A stretch of 64,000 nt of DNA from Carcharhinus amblyrhynchos. Taxonomy: Eukaryota. This document shows, piece after piece, positions 51,771-62,703 of this stretch. Where the stretch lies: NCBI GenBank assembly GCA_965287045.1, contig OZ336874.1:61008001-61072000 (forward strand), read 5' to 3'. The position numbers and the translations under genes are program-made. Numbering within the stretch: the first letter of the stretch is position 1; each line of letters opens with the position of its first letter. The notes under the pieces were generated by a model that ran no database searches, was not told the origin of the DNA, and worked only from the letters and a program-made list of their open reading frames with translations.

Positions 51771-54700
51771 AAATGCTTAAATGTAATTGATATGCAATTG
51801 GAGAATTTAGCTTGGTTTCGAAGGACCTGATTCTAACTCATGCGTTTTAAATGAGTTAAAATCTCGCCTGATGCTTCCCCACCCTGGGGCTTGTGCATGA
51901 AAGGGTCTGGCAGTAGAACTGTAAGAAATTGGGAACTAATTGGAAAACGAGGCTGCCATAACAAGATGTTATGTAGTCATAAAATTATTTGTTATCATTT
52001 TTTATTGACAGTTACAGCAACTTGCAAATAATGATGAATGCTGAATTTGTGCAATTAGAATTAAGGTATAAAAGCATGTGGTCTGGGTACTGTGCAAAAG
52101 AAATCTTTTAGATCACTTTTCCAGCAAGTTATTCTTATCTATTTTCTGATAGTTCAGTGCAGTCGAAAGCCAAATAAAAGCTTGTCATGTAACAGTCATG
52201 TACTTGACATGGTTATATGTATAGCAAAAAAAAGATAATTTGTCCAATTTCAACTATAGTTCATATTCATGGTTGAGTTTCCAATCATTTGGAATTGGGC
52301 CTATGGATGCATTTTTTTATTAGAATGATGACCAATTGTGTGGATAAAATATAAAGATTATGAATTGCATTCAGTCCTTAACCTACCTACCATCTTTACA
52401 AAGGGACAAAATGTGTTGATGAACATGAAACACAAGGGTAAATATACTGATATGCATGCTGACAAGTCATCACTGAAGTATAGTCTGGGGAATTAATCCA
52501 TGAATATATCCAACTGATTATACTTTGAACAATTTATCTAGTCTTCAGCACGATATTTACTACAATTGGGAAATTTGCAAATGAAGATGGGTCTAAACTT
52601 AAATTAAACTTACAAGATGGACTTTTCACTAATGAGGGAGTTAATGAATTAAGCAGTTCATTATGACAAACCATTTTTATGGTTGTTAGGAAGCATGTAG
52701 TATTTGTCATCGTAGACCTGTCATATGAACTCTAATTATGATTAATATCTCATCTTTGATTCAGTCTTCATTCACATCTCAGGAGCAAATGCAAGTTCTA
52801 TTATATGTTCAGGGTTCAGTGGTACGTTGTGATCTGTTCATGGCCTCATATTTTATTCATGATCACATTCATATTTAACAGGTTTACATGAAAACAAAAA
52901 TGTCTTTGTCATTGCATTGTTTTATCATTTTTGGCTGTGATTCCTGCATAAAAAATTGGACAGAACATTTTAAACATACATTATCCTGTACTAGCGATCA
53001 GTCACCCCCCCGTTCCTGTCAGTGAAGTAAACAATATTTATCCATGATCATCAATGCTTTTTTTTATTGTGATCACTTCAATTTTATCATAGTTCTATTT
53101 GTTAATATTTTATCAAAAATGGATAAGATATCACTATTCCAATTTTGATTAAAACTAGAAAAAGTATTTAAAATTTACTTTTAGCCAGGTAACAGCCATA
53201 CATTAATCATTACAATGTAATTTTTGTAAACAAACCTTGAAAACTCTATTCTTTTTATGCTAGGATGACTTGAGAGGCAAATACTTGTGATTTATCAATT
53301 TTCCACAAAAAAGGGACAGATATATAATAACAAAGCAAAATATCAGTGAACTAAGGATATAAACCTGTCAAAAGTATTTTACAATGCATATCGAGAAAGT
53401 ATTCATTAAGGAAATATTAAAGTAGTTTCAACAATAAATTGAGTTTTTTATATAATGAAGATTATGCAGAAGTCTCATTATATTTATTTTAAAAGTTTGT
53501 TTTTAAACTTAATGTGTTTGATGATTTACTAGGGCTAATGTTGACTTTGTGCAATGATGCAAAATTGGTGATGGTAAGTTGGCAGCCTGATTCATACCAA
53601 ATATTTTATTCACTTTGATAGAAGTAAAAATTGGGAGAGCTGTATCTAGGTTCCCAATTTACCTTCACTCAAAAACCACATGGCACAAAGTTAAAATTAT
53701 CCCACTCTCTATTATGTTGTGTTTGGTCTTTTTAAGTGCTAACAGTATTGATAACTATAATACAAATAATGGAAGATTTAATTGGCTGTCAATAAAATGT
53801 AAATGTATAATGAAAGAAATTGTGTTTAGATGAAAGGTTGATGAAATATAGCTCTTGAAAACTGGAGTAATGGCCCTGTATTATGTGTCTCAGACCCCTG
53901 ATGCTTCTAACACAACCTTTAATCTCACCTCTGCTATTATGAAAATAAAGACAATCTGTATTTTCAAAATGCATAGCCAGACAGGCAGTAAACAGATCAT
54001 TTATCACATCCCAGCACTTCCTTCTTTACGCTTCAGCATCTTAGGGGGATACTTCCTTTGGAAGGTAAAGCATATAAGTCCCTGGCGTCAGAAACTATTT
54101 ATGAATTCATAGAGTTGATGATGAACACTCCAACAGTAAGAACATCAGGAACTTCCAGTAAGTGGCCGAGCACATGCCAAGTGTATGCTAATCTGGGCAA
54201 AGAGCCTTCTCTTGAGACTGAACAAATCACTCATTTATCAATGTAATTAGCTAGTTGCCCATTCCCCACCTAGTAAAAGATCTTAAATTCCATTTATTTC
54301 ATCTCCAACCAGACATACTTTAAACAGAATAATTTTTGGCATGACATTCAGTTTAGAAAGCTGAACTGTTGAGGGTATAGGTTTGAAAGAAACAAGAACA
54401 TTTAAGACAGTTTCAACATAAACAGATCAGATCAGCGAATCTCTTTTGTATTATTTTGGTCTTTCTTGTGAGATAAAATGCACATCATTTGCTTGTAATT
54501 TGAATATTGATGTATTAAAATATTTTCACATTACGAAGGAAACAATAATTTGTGTCAAAATTTATTAAAGTTTTACTGTTGTTTAGAATAAAAAATGTTT
54601 ATCTTGGTGTTTTTTGAAGCAGTATTGCTAATATAAGGTGTATTGAAGATGTATGTGCTAATGGAGTTTTTAAGTGAGCTTAATTGTGTGCCATCATTAT

Positions 54701-55724
54701 ACCTAGCCAGACCTACAGTGACAGCTTCATCCATCATGGCTGACAGCCAAGTGGACTGAAAAAAGAGAAAGCTGAAGCTTTCCAAAAATAATTTTAAAAA
54801 TTGTGATTTAGCACAATGCTTCACAATGTCATTAATTTTTTGTTGTGAAAATGTTAGGATCTGGTGAATTTTTTCAATTCAATTGTTTTGCCATATTCAG
54901 TTTGTTGGCCAAAAAAAGACACAAAATTAATTAATTTATTGTATTATAAATATGGTTTACTTCAAAAATATCTAACATGGACCATGCAACAAATCTTCCA
55001 AATAAAAAACACGCACCATCTTTATCTAATGGCTGGTGCAACTTTATTGTGGATAAGCTGGATTGCACTACTCATCTCAAGGGAACTGTATACATTCATA
55101 TGATAATTGTTAAGAGAAAATTATTATCATGTGGTACTTGAACCAGGGGATCTTATTTTGATATTCTGCAGTTGATATATGTAATGTTCCATATTTTCAT
55201 GTCTTCTGGGTCTTCCTATCCCACTGACCAAAATGTTTGGCATAAATTTGAAAACTTATCTATCTCTCTGCTTTAAACATTTTCTTAACTAGACATTTTT
55301 CAATGTGAAAAGGAGGGTTTCATCTTTTGAAAAAAGTAAATTATGTTGTGGCATGGCAGTTTGAATAGGGCAAATGGAGAGAAATGGAGGGAAACAAAGA
55401 TAATGAACTGGATTTTTCTATAGAATCAGGATTCCCAACATTGTGTTCCAATTGCTTCTCTGCTGGCTGCTTCCTATGTGACTAGTGCAGCATTACAACA
55501 GGAGAGGGGGCTGGCAGTTTGTCTCCTGCATATGCTGGAAGGCATTAAATTGGTGCGATTTTGGCATCACACAGCCAGGATTCAAGATTTGGACCATGAT
55601 GATCCTGTGTATGTATTCATTCAACACCCTTCAAAGACCTGGCAAAGAGGCTGCAAGGTGAACCTTTCACTCGCATTCCTTAAAAGTCGAGGCACCCAAC
55701 TTGCAGGTAAGGTAATTTTTGTCA

Positions 55725-56400
55725 ACATAACAACATAAGAAATAGGAGCAGGAGTAGGCCATCTGGCCCTTCGAGCCTGCCCCGCCATTCAATAAGATCA
55801 TGGCTGATCTGTCGTGGCTCAGTTCCACTTTCCGGCCCTCTCCCCATAACCCTTAATCCCCTCTCTTATCAAAAACCCATCAACCCGCTTCTTGAAAATA
55901 TTTAGCGAGGCAGCCTCCACCACTTCAACGGGTAGAGAATTCCAGAGATTCACCACCCTTTGAGTGAAGAAGTTCCTCCTCAACTCCGTTCTAAAATGCC
56001 CCCCCTTTATCTTGAGGCTGTGCCCCCTAGTCCTACTGTCTTTTTTCAGTGGGAAGAGTCTCTCCACCTCTATCCTATCCATCCCATTCATCATCATCTT
56101 ATACGTCTCAATGAGATCTCCCCTCATTCTTCTAAACTCCAACGAGTACAAGCCTAGTTTATTCAGCCTCTCCTCATAGTTCAACCCCCTCAACTCCGGT
56201 ATCAGCCTAGTAAACCTCCTCTGCACTCCCTCCAAGGCCAAAATATCTTTGCGCAGGTGCGGCGCCCAAAACTGCACACAGTACTCCAGCTGCGGCCTCA
56301 CCAATGCCCTATACAGCTGCAGCAAGACCTCCCTACTTTTATATTCAATCCCCCTCGCTATGAAGGCCAGCATCCCATTCGCCTTCCTGACCACCTGCTG
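55725..56400 (-). mobile_element. Young 5'-truncated family-B CR1
   Basis: Open frame QQVVRKANGMLAFIARG...GYGERAGKWN*. Near-identical to 37915-38450. Confidence 0.95.
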
Positions 56401-56519
56401 CAAAGTGTCTGGACATACCCGGGCATATTTTGGAAGATTTCTTTTTGTTGAGTTCCTCAATCTAATGCTGCATCCTTTTGGGGCCAGCAGAAGAGGCTCA
56501 GAAAGGCTGTAAAAAATAG

Positions 56520-56879
56520 AAGGGCAGCAGTGGCCGAACAAAGGAAACTATGAAGGTATGAGGGCCAAGTTTGCTATGGTGGATTGGGAAAATACATGAA
56601 AAGATTTGATGGCAGATGGGCAATGGCTAGTATTTAAAGAAGTATTACATAGTCCACAATAAATATGCATTCCTTTCAGACAGAAAAGCCTAACAGGAAA
56701 AGTGAATCAATTGTGGCTAACAAAAAAAAAGATAGCATATGTCAAAGAAAGTGGCTTATAAGGTTGTCAGAAAAAGTGGTAAACCTAAGGATTGTAAGCA
56801 ATTTAGAATCTAGCATAGAGGACTAAGAACCTGATAAAGAAAATGAAAAGAGAATATGATTGCAAGCAAGTGAAAGATA
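56520..56879 (+). mobile_element. Old CR1 ORF2 fragment (left part of a split element)
   Basis: Reads NKGNYEGMRAKFAMVDWEN and QWLVFKEVL. Continues at 58161-58173 and 62780 onward. Confidence 0.75.
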
Positions 56880-58160
56880 GAGAGGGGGTTTCACTGTTCC
56901 CATTTGCCATGAGCAGGAATCCAAATGGCCCATTGAATAAAGCGTTGGGACTAACACGGGATTGCTGCCGGGCATCAAAGCATTTATGATTCATCTGGCC
57001 TGCCCTATTGGCCCCAATCAGATTCCTGACCAGAATGAGAGGGAACCTGATGATTATACAAAAGTGTTAAATTAAATGTCATTAGCAGGCTTGAAGCCTG
57101 ATTCAATGTCATCCATTCACCTGCCTCCCCAGCTGGACTTGCACTATGCAGGCTTTGGTGTTGGTCATGACCAGTGTGAACCTGGACCTGACCTCAATGC
57201 TGTGTTTAAAGAATGTGGCTGAGTGAGGAGCTATAGAGAAGGGAATTCCCCTCCTAGTGAAAGTGATTGACTTCTGTCACTCACAGGTCTTGAAAGGGAC
57301 CTTCTCACACTGCAGCTTCTGAAAGAGAGGAAAGAGAATCCGTCTGCTAAATGCAGTGCTACTGGGATTTGGAAGTCTAAGGGGAAGTTGTCGAGGAGAC
57401 ATGGAGATTAAACTGACCAATCCACTTCAAAGTTTTCAAAGTTGACTGACAGGAATGAATATTTTGATCATGGAGCTGCCAGTAATCATCATGCCAAGAG
57501 TGATCTTCAGATTTATCAGGGCTAGAAGGGATGAAACCCCCATCCCAGGAGAGAGTCAACTCCTTGCTGCTGTCCTGAGCCCATTCAATCCCCAGGACCC
57601 TTTGAAGACCCTTCCTCTGCAGAGCTGGCAGTGGCAGAGGGGCACATGGTCACTGGACATACTTCCTTGGCTGCTTCTTTTGGGGTCCAAAGTGCCCGCC
57701 CAGGGCATCACTGCAGTGGTATCAGTGCCAAGGGACAGTGCAAGGTTGGCACTTCTGGGGGGTTGGGGGGGAGCCTGAAATGGGATGGGAGGATGGGAGG
57801 AGCAGGGTTCAGGTCACAGAATGGTGTGGGGACGTGTATGTCGTTATTTTAGTGTGGGGGAGAATAGCCCTTTTTGGTCAGGGATTGGGCTTTCTGTCCT
57901 GGCCAGTGAGGAAGGTTATCATTTCCATTGTGAGAGGGAGTGGGCTTCCTGGTGAACGTAGAGGTCATGTTAAAAAGGGTGATTAAAACAGGCTCTGATC
58001 TCTGAACAGCCAGACCGTCTGGGGTGTTTCACATTCTTCATATGTTTGAATGGTAAAGATGGGTGAGTCCCACATGACAGGTGCAGTTAGTACCAGCAGG
58101 AAACACTCCTGTTTTCCCACTGTCGTGGGCACTTTAGAGCTGATTCAGTGAATCACAGCC
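56880..58160. mobile_element. Probable non-autonomous Harbinger-type insertion
   Basis: Interrupts the old CR1. Imperfect TIRs share ttcactg/cagtgaa, and it is flanked by ATA at 56877-56879 and 58161-58163. Confidence 0.5.
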
Positions 58161-58336
58161 ATAAAGGCAGATTACAAAGAACAAAGAACAAAGAACAACC
58201 CAGCACGGGAAACAGGCCCTTCGGCCCAACGAGCCCGCGCCGCCGCATCGCCCTACACCTATTCTACCCTGCATGTCTACGAATGGGACCCTACTCAGTC
58301 AGATTCAGGGAAGAAATAGTGTCAATTTGGTGGAAA

Positions 58337-58487
58337 CCAATTAGCCTAAGAGCACATCTTTGGGGTGTGGGAGGAAACCGGAGCGCCCGGAGGAAACCCA
58401 CGCAACCACAGGGAGAATGCGCAAACTCCCACAGACACAGGCCCAAATCCATGTATCTGCACAGCTAGCAGTGCTAGTCACTGAGCT
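58337..58487 (-). other. V-SINE central domain and A-box remnant inside the LINE 3' UTR
   Basis: ggaggaaaccggagcgcccggaggaaacccacgca...gagaatgcgcaaactcc matches the SINE bodies at 32985-33050 and 32225-32295. Confidence 0.9.
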
Positions 58488-58697
58488 GTTGTGGAGCCCG
58501 TCTATCGGTCCAGGATCAAGCACACACACCGACATGAAGTACTAGGCCACTCCTGGACTTCCAAGAGCAGCCCACGCACAACCCGCCGTGTGCATGCCCC
58601 TCGCTTGACACGAGGTGGACCTCCACCTGTGGAATAAAGACAAAACATATTAATCATACAGCCTGCCCTTCCGGTGTCTCCCGAGGTTTAACCCTAT

Positions 58698-61586
58698 TTA
58701 ATAGCCCCTACCATATCCCTCCATTCTCGTTTCACTCATGTGCCTATCTAACTGCATCTTAAACGAGTCCAACGTGCCTGCCTCCACCACCCTACTCGGT
58801 AGCGCATTCCAGACCCCCACAACTCTCTGTGTAAAGAACCTTCCTCTTACCTCCAAATTATACCTCCCCCCCCTCACCCTTAAGTGATGACCTCTCGTGT
58901 TCGTACCCAGTCTAGGGAGCAGTCTCTCACTATTAACTCTATCTATTCCCTTCAGTATCTTATATACCTCTATCATGTCCCCTCTCAATCTCCTTCTTTC
59001 CAAGGAGAATAGCCCCAGTCTCTTCAGTCTCTCCTCGTAACCCAGTCCCCCCATGCCAGGCAACATCCTGGTAAACCTCCTCTGCACCCTTTCCAGAGAC
59101 TCCACGTCCTTCCGGTAATAAGGTGACCAGAACTGGACGCAGTACTCCAAATGCGGTCTGACCAACGTTCTGTATAACTGAAGCATTAGACGGCAGCTTT
59201 TATACTCTAAGCCCCTTCCTATAAAGGCTAACATCCCATAAGCCTTCCTAACAACGTTCTCCACTTGTGACACAACCTTCATGGATTTGTGGACCTGCAC
59301 TCCCAGGTCTCTCTGTACGTCTATACTCCTAATCGGCCTACCTTTTATCACATAGCTCCCCTCTGCATTATTCCTTCCAAAATGCATCACCTCGCATTTG
59401 TCAGGATTAAACGCCATCTGCCACCTATCTGCCCACTGCACCAACCTGTCTATATCCTGTTGTATCACCTGACAATCCAGTTCTGTACCCGCCAACCCTG
59501 CCATCTTGGTGTCATCAGCAAACTTGCTGATCACACCACCTACTCCCTCTTCTAAGTCATTTATGTAGACTACAAAGAGGAGAGGTCCCAGTACCGAGCC
59601 CTGCGGCACACCACTGGTCACTGGCCTCCAGCCCGACAAGGTACCCTCCACAACTACCCTCTGTCTCCTATTTCCCAACCAGTTCTCAATCCACCTAGCT
59701 ACCTGGCCTCGTATCCCATGCGCCTTAACCTTTTCTACCAGCCTACCGTGAGGGACTTTGTCAAACGCCTTACTGAAATCCATATAGATGACATCAACGG
59801 CTCTCCCATCGTCAACCGTTTTTGTCACCTCCTCAAAGAATTCCACCAGATTCGTAAGGCAAGACCTCCCTCTAACAAAGCCATGTTGCGTATCCCTAAT
59901 CAGATCGCAACGTTCCAAATGCTCATACATCCTACCCCTAAGTATTTTTTCCATTAACTTCCCTACCACCGACGTCAAACTCACCGGCCTATAATTCCCA
60001 GGGTTATCCCTACTACCTTTTTTGAACAACGGGACCACATTTGCTACCCTCCAGTCTTCTGGGACCTCACCTGTGTCCAAAGAAGAGACAAAGATGTGCG
60101 CCAGAGGCCCAGCAATTTCATCTTTCGCCTCCCTAAGCAGCCTGGGATAAATACCATCAGGCCCCGGAGCTTTATCCGTCCTTACGCTACCTAAAAGCCC
60201 TAGCACTTCCTCTCTCGTAATAACTATATCCTGCAACTGCACCTCCGCTCCCTCCAAGAGACCGCACGATTCCGAACCCCTCTCCTTTGTGAATACCGAC
60301 GCAAAGTATTCATTCAGGAGCTCCCCCATTCCCTCCGACTCAATACACAACTCTCCACTCTTGTCCCTAAGAGGACCAATTTTCCCTCTAACTACTCTCT
60401 TGCCTCTAATATAGGAATAAAATGCCTTAGGATTATCCTTAATCCTACCGGCCAAAGCCATCTCATGCCCTCTCTTCGCCCTTCTAATTCCCCTTTTTAG
60501 CTCCCTCCTACTCTCTCTATATTCCTCCAGCGCACACTCCGTACCCATTTGTTTTGACCTAACATACGCCTCCCTCTTCCTCCTAACCAAGTCTTCAATA
60601 TCCCCTGTAATCCACGGCTCTCTAATCCTACCTTTCCCATCCTTTCGCTTAACCGGAACAAACCTCCCCTGCAACCATTTCATTTTGTCCCTAAAAGCCT
60701 CCCACTTGCCAACCGTGGACTTGCCAGCTAACATTCCCTCCCAGTCAGTTTGCTGCAGCTCCCTCCTAATCCTGCCATAGCTTGCCTTTCCCCAGTTCAG
60801 CACACTCCCGCTTGGACGGCACTCGTCCCTTTCCATTTTTATCCTAAAGTAGACGGACTTGTGGTCACTGTTTGCCACATGTTCGCCTACCTCTACCTCA
60901 CCCACCTGCCCTGGCTCGTTTCCCAACACTAAATCCAGTATAGCCCCTCCCCTAGTCGGGCAAGTTACATACTGTTCTAGCGACCCTTCCATAACACATT
61001 TCACAAACTCCTCTCCCTTCGTACCCCCAGCTCTAGGCCCCCTCCAATTCACTCCGGGAAAATTAAAATCACCCACTACAACCACTCTATTCTTTCTGCA
61101 CCTGTCCAAAATGCCCCTGCAAATTCCCTCCTCCACTGACTTTGGGCTGTTGGGTGGCCTATAGTACACCCCTAGCAGTGTGATCTCTCCCTTTTTATTC
61201 CTCAACTCCACCCACAACGACTCAATCCCTATCTCTTCCATATCGCCCTCCCTCTGCACTACTGTGATGTTTTCCTTGACTAACAGTGCCACCCCACCAC
61301 CTCTCTTCAACACTCCTCTGTCATACCTAAAACACCTGTACCCAGGAACATTCAGCTGCCAGTCCTGCCCTTCCCGTAACCACGTCTCCGTTACAGCCAC
61401 CACATCCAACTGCCTCACAAACATCAAGGCCCTAAGCTCATCCGTTTTCCCTGCCACACTCCTAGCATTGAAACAGACACAGTTCAACCCACAAACGTCC
61501 CTCGGAACCACCTTCTCCCTTATAATTTTCCTTTCACCTGTCTCTCTCCCAGCCACCTCCCCACCCCCCCTCCCTATTAGTTTAAA
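58698..61586 (-). CDS. CR1 ORF2: APE endonuclease + reverse transcriptase (start mechanism unresolved)
   Basis: Uninterrupted frame with FNARS, VTETW, GDFN, LDLVL, SDH, QHGFVRGRSC, DFSKAFD, GVPQGSVLGP, FADDTK. The frame opens at the slippery site, and the first ATG lies inside the APE domain. Confidence 0.93.
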   Translation of the reverse strand, partial: FKLIGRGGGEVAGRETGERKIIREKVVPRDVCGLNCVCFNARSVAGKTDELRALMFVRQLDVVAVTETWLREGQDWQLNVPGYRCFRYDRGVLKRGGGVALLVKENITVVQREGDMEEIGIESLWVELRNKKGEITLLGVYYRPPNSPKSVEEGICRGILDRCRKNRVVVVGDFNFPGVNWRGPRAGGTKGEEFVKCVMEGSLEQYVTCPTRGGAILDLVLGNEPGQVGEVEVGEHVANSDHKSVYFRIKMERDECRPSGSVLNWGKASYGRIRRELQQTDWEGMLAGKSTVGKWEAFRDKMKWLQGRFVPVKRKDGKGRIREPWITGDIEDLVRRKREAYVRSKQMGTECALEEYRESRRELKRGIRRAKRGHEMALAGRIKDNPKAFYSYIRGKRVVRGKIGPLRDKSGELCIESEGMGELLNEYFASVFTKERGSESCGLLEGAEVQLQDIVITREEVLGLLGSVRTDKAPGPDGIYPRLLREAKDEIAGPLAHIFVSSLDTGEVPEDWRVANVVPLFKKGSRDNPGNYRPVSLTSVVGKLMEKILRGRMYEHLERCDLIRDTQHGFVRGRSCLTNLVEFFEEVTKTVDDGRAVDVIYMDFSKAFDKVPHGRLVEKVKAHGIRGQVARWIENWLGNRRQRVVVEGTLSGWRPVTSGVPQGSVLGPLLFVVYINDLEEGVGGVISKFADDTKMAGLAGTELDCQVIQQDIDRLVQWADRWQMAFNPDKCEVMHFGRNNAEGSYVIKGRPIRSIDVQRDLGVQVHKSMKVVSQVENVVRKAYGMLAFIGRGLEYKSCRLMLQLYRTLVRPHLEYCVQFWSPYYRKDVESLERVQRRFTRMLPGMGGLGYEERLKRLGLFSLERRRLRGDMIEVYKILKGIDRVNSERLLPRLGTNTRGHHLRVRGGRYNLEVRGRFFTQRVVGVWNALPSRVVEAGTLDSFKMQLDRHMSETRMEGYGRGY
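61550..61586 (-). promoter_or_regulatory. Candidate -1 frameshift cassette: T_TTA_AAC_TAA + G-tract
   Basis: Heptamer at 61586-61580, a 5-nt spacer, then GGGAGGGGGGGTGGGGAGGTGG. Confidence 0.65.
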
Positions 61587-62467
61587 TCATTCCTGAACAC
61601 CCCAGCTAACCTCCCTGCTAAGACACTAGTCCCCCTCCCGTTCAAATCCTCCCCACCCCTCCTGTACAGTTGCCCTTCTCTCCTAAACACCTCCCAGTGA
61701 TCTACATAAATAAACCCCTCTCCCCTACACCAGTCCCTCAACCATGCATTCAACTGCATGATCTCGTCATTCTTAGCCCTGCTCGTACTGGGCAGCAACC
61801 CAGACAGTGCCACCCTAGAGGTCCTGCTCTTTAGTTTGGCCCCCAACTCCCTAAATTGCCTACGGACCTCTCCCCTACTCCTCCTTCCTATATCCCCCTC
61901 CCCTACGTGTACTATGACCTCTGCCTGGGTCCCCTCCCCTTTCAAAATTCCCTCTACCCTTTCCATTATATCCTTTACCCCTGCTCCAGGGAGGCAGACC
62001 ACCATCCTGGAGTCGCGCCCTTGCCCACAGAACCTCCTATCAATCCCTCGGACCCTCCCATCCCCTACCACTATCACCTTACCAGCCCCCTTCCGTCCCT
62101 CTAAATCAGTCTCCCCTTCCTTCCTATTTTTCTGTGCCCCTGCCGACGAACCTTGGGGGGCCTCCGGGGAGGCCGGGGGACCCTGACTACTCTTCTTCCT
62201 CTTTCCCCTCCTAACAGTCGTCCATCCTCCCTTCTCTTCAGCCCTTGAGACCTCCTCCTGCTCATGTTTCCCAGCCATTATCTCCTCATTCTCCCTAACT
62301 AGAAACGCATCTTCCAGTCGCCCCTCGAGTTGCCTGACCCGGGCCCTCAATCGCTGCAGTTCTAAACATTTACTGCAGATGTGTACCTTGGGGACCCGTG
62401 ACACCACCAGGAACTCCCACATGTGGCACCGGACGCAACTTACATTCCTCCCTATATTCCCTGCCAT
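61577..62467 (-). CDS. CR1 ORF1: zinc finger (CxxC...CxxC), leucine zipper, SGNH-fold domain, 296 aa
   Basis: ATG in GACATGG context. Reads CVRC...CSKC, LQRLRARVRQLEGRLE, VVGDG, CLPGA, SGLLP. Confidence 0.9.
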   Translation of the reverse strand: MAGNIGRNVSCVRCHMWEFLVVSRVPKVHICSKCLELQRLRARVRQLEGRLEDAFLVRENEEIMAGKHEQEEVSRAEEKGGWTTVRRGKRKKSSQGPPASPEAPQGSSAGAQKNRKEGETDLEGRKGAGKVIVVGDGRVRGIDRRFCGQGRDSRMVVCLPGAGVKDIMERVEGILKGEGTQAEVIVHVGEGDIGRRSRGEVRRQFRELGAKLKSRTSRVALSGLLPSTSRAKNDEIMQLNAWLRDWCRGEGFIYVDHWEVFRREGQLYRRGGEDLNGRGTSVLAGRLAGVFRNDLN

Positions 62468-62583
62468 GTCCCAACCTCCTGTAAGTGCCCAAGGTAGAAA
62501 TCTGTCACTCACCTTCTCTAAGCCTGCACTCGCCTAAGCCCAGCAAGCCAAAGCCCTTCTCACTCAGTTCCCACTCACTCTGC

Positions 62584-62703
62584 TGCCCGCTCTATACTGC
62601 TACCCCTTTTTTATACCCCCCGCTCCCCCTTAACGACTATCCCCTGGCCTAACTTCCGGTACGGAAGTAAACTACACTCTAACAAGCCCCGAGAACCGGA
62701 AGT
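62584..62703 (-). promoter_or_regulatory. Candidate internal Pol II promoter: three ETS-type motifs, TATA box, CA start
   Basis: CGGAAGT-core motifs at 62652-62660, 62661-62668 and 62695-62703. TATAAAAAA at 62615-62607, with a CA dinucleotide 31 nt downstream. Confidence 0.55.

Noticed and set aside
54700-54775. Minus-strand exon (STWLSAMMDEAVTVGLA)
   Set aside because: Good acceptor but weak donor (gtataa), 53 nt long, and no recognisable peptide.
58341-58535. 64-aa ORF3 in the LINE 3' UTR
   Set aside because: It is largely a translation of the V-domain, and similar spurious ORFs occur in the ordinary SINE copies here.
62468-62512. ORF1 start at GTG 62512, or a 34-nt intron 62512-62479
   Set aside because: The GTG is the splice-donor-like motif and ATG 62467 has good context. 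A 34-nt intron is too short for vertebrate splicing.
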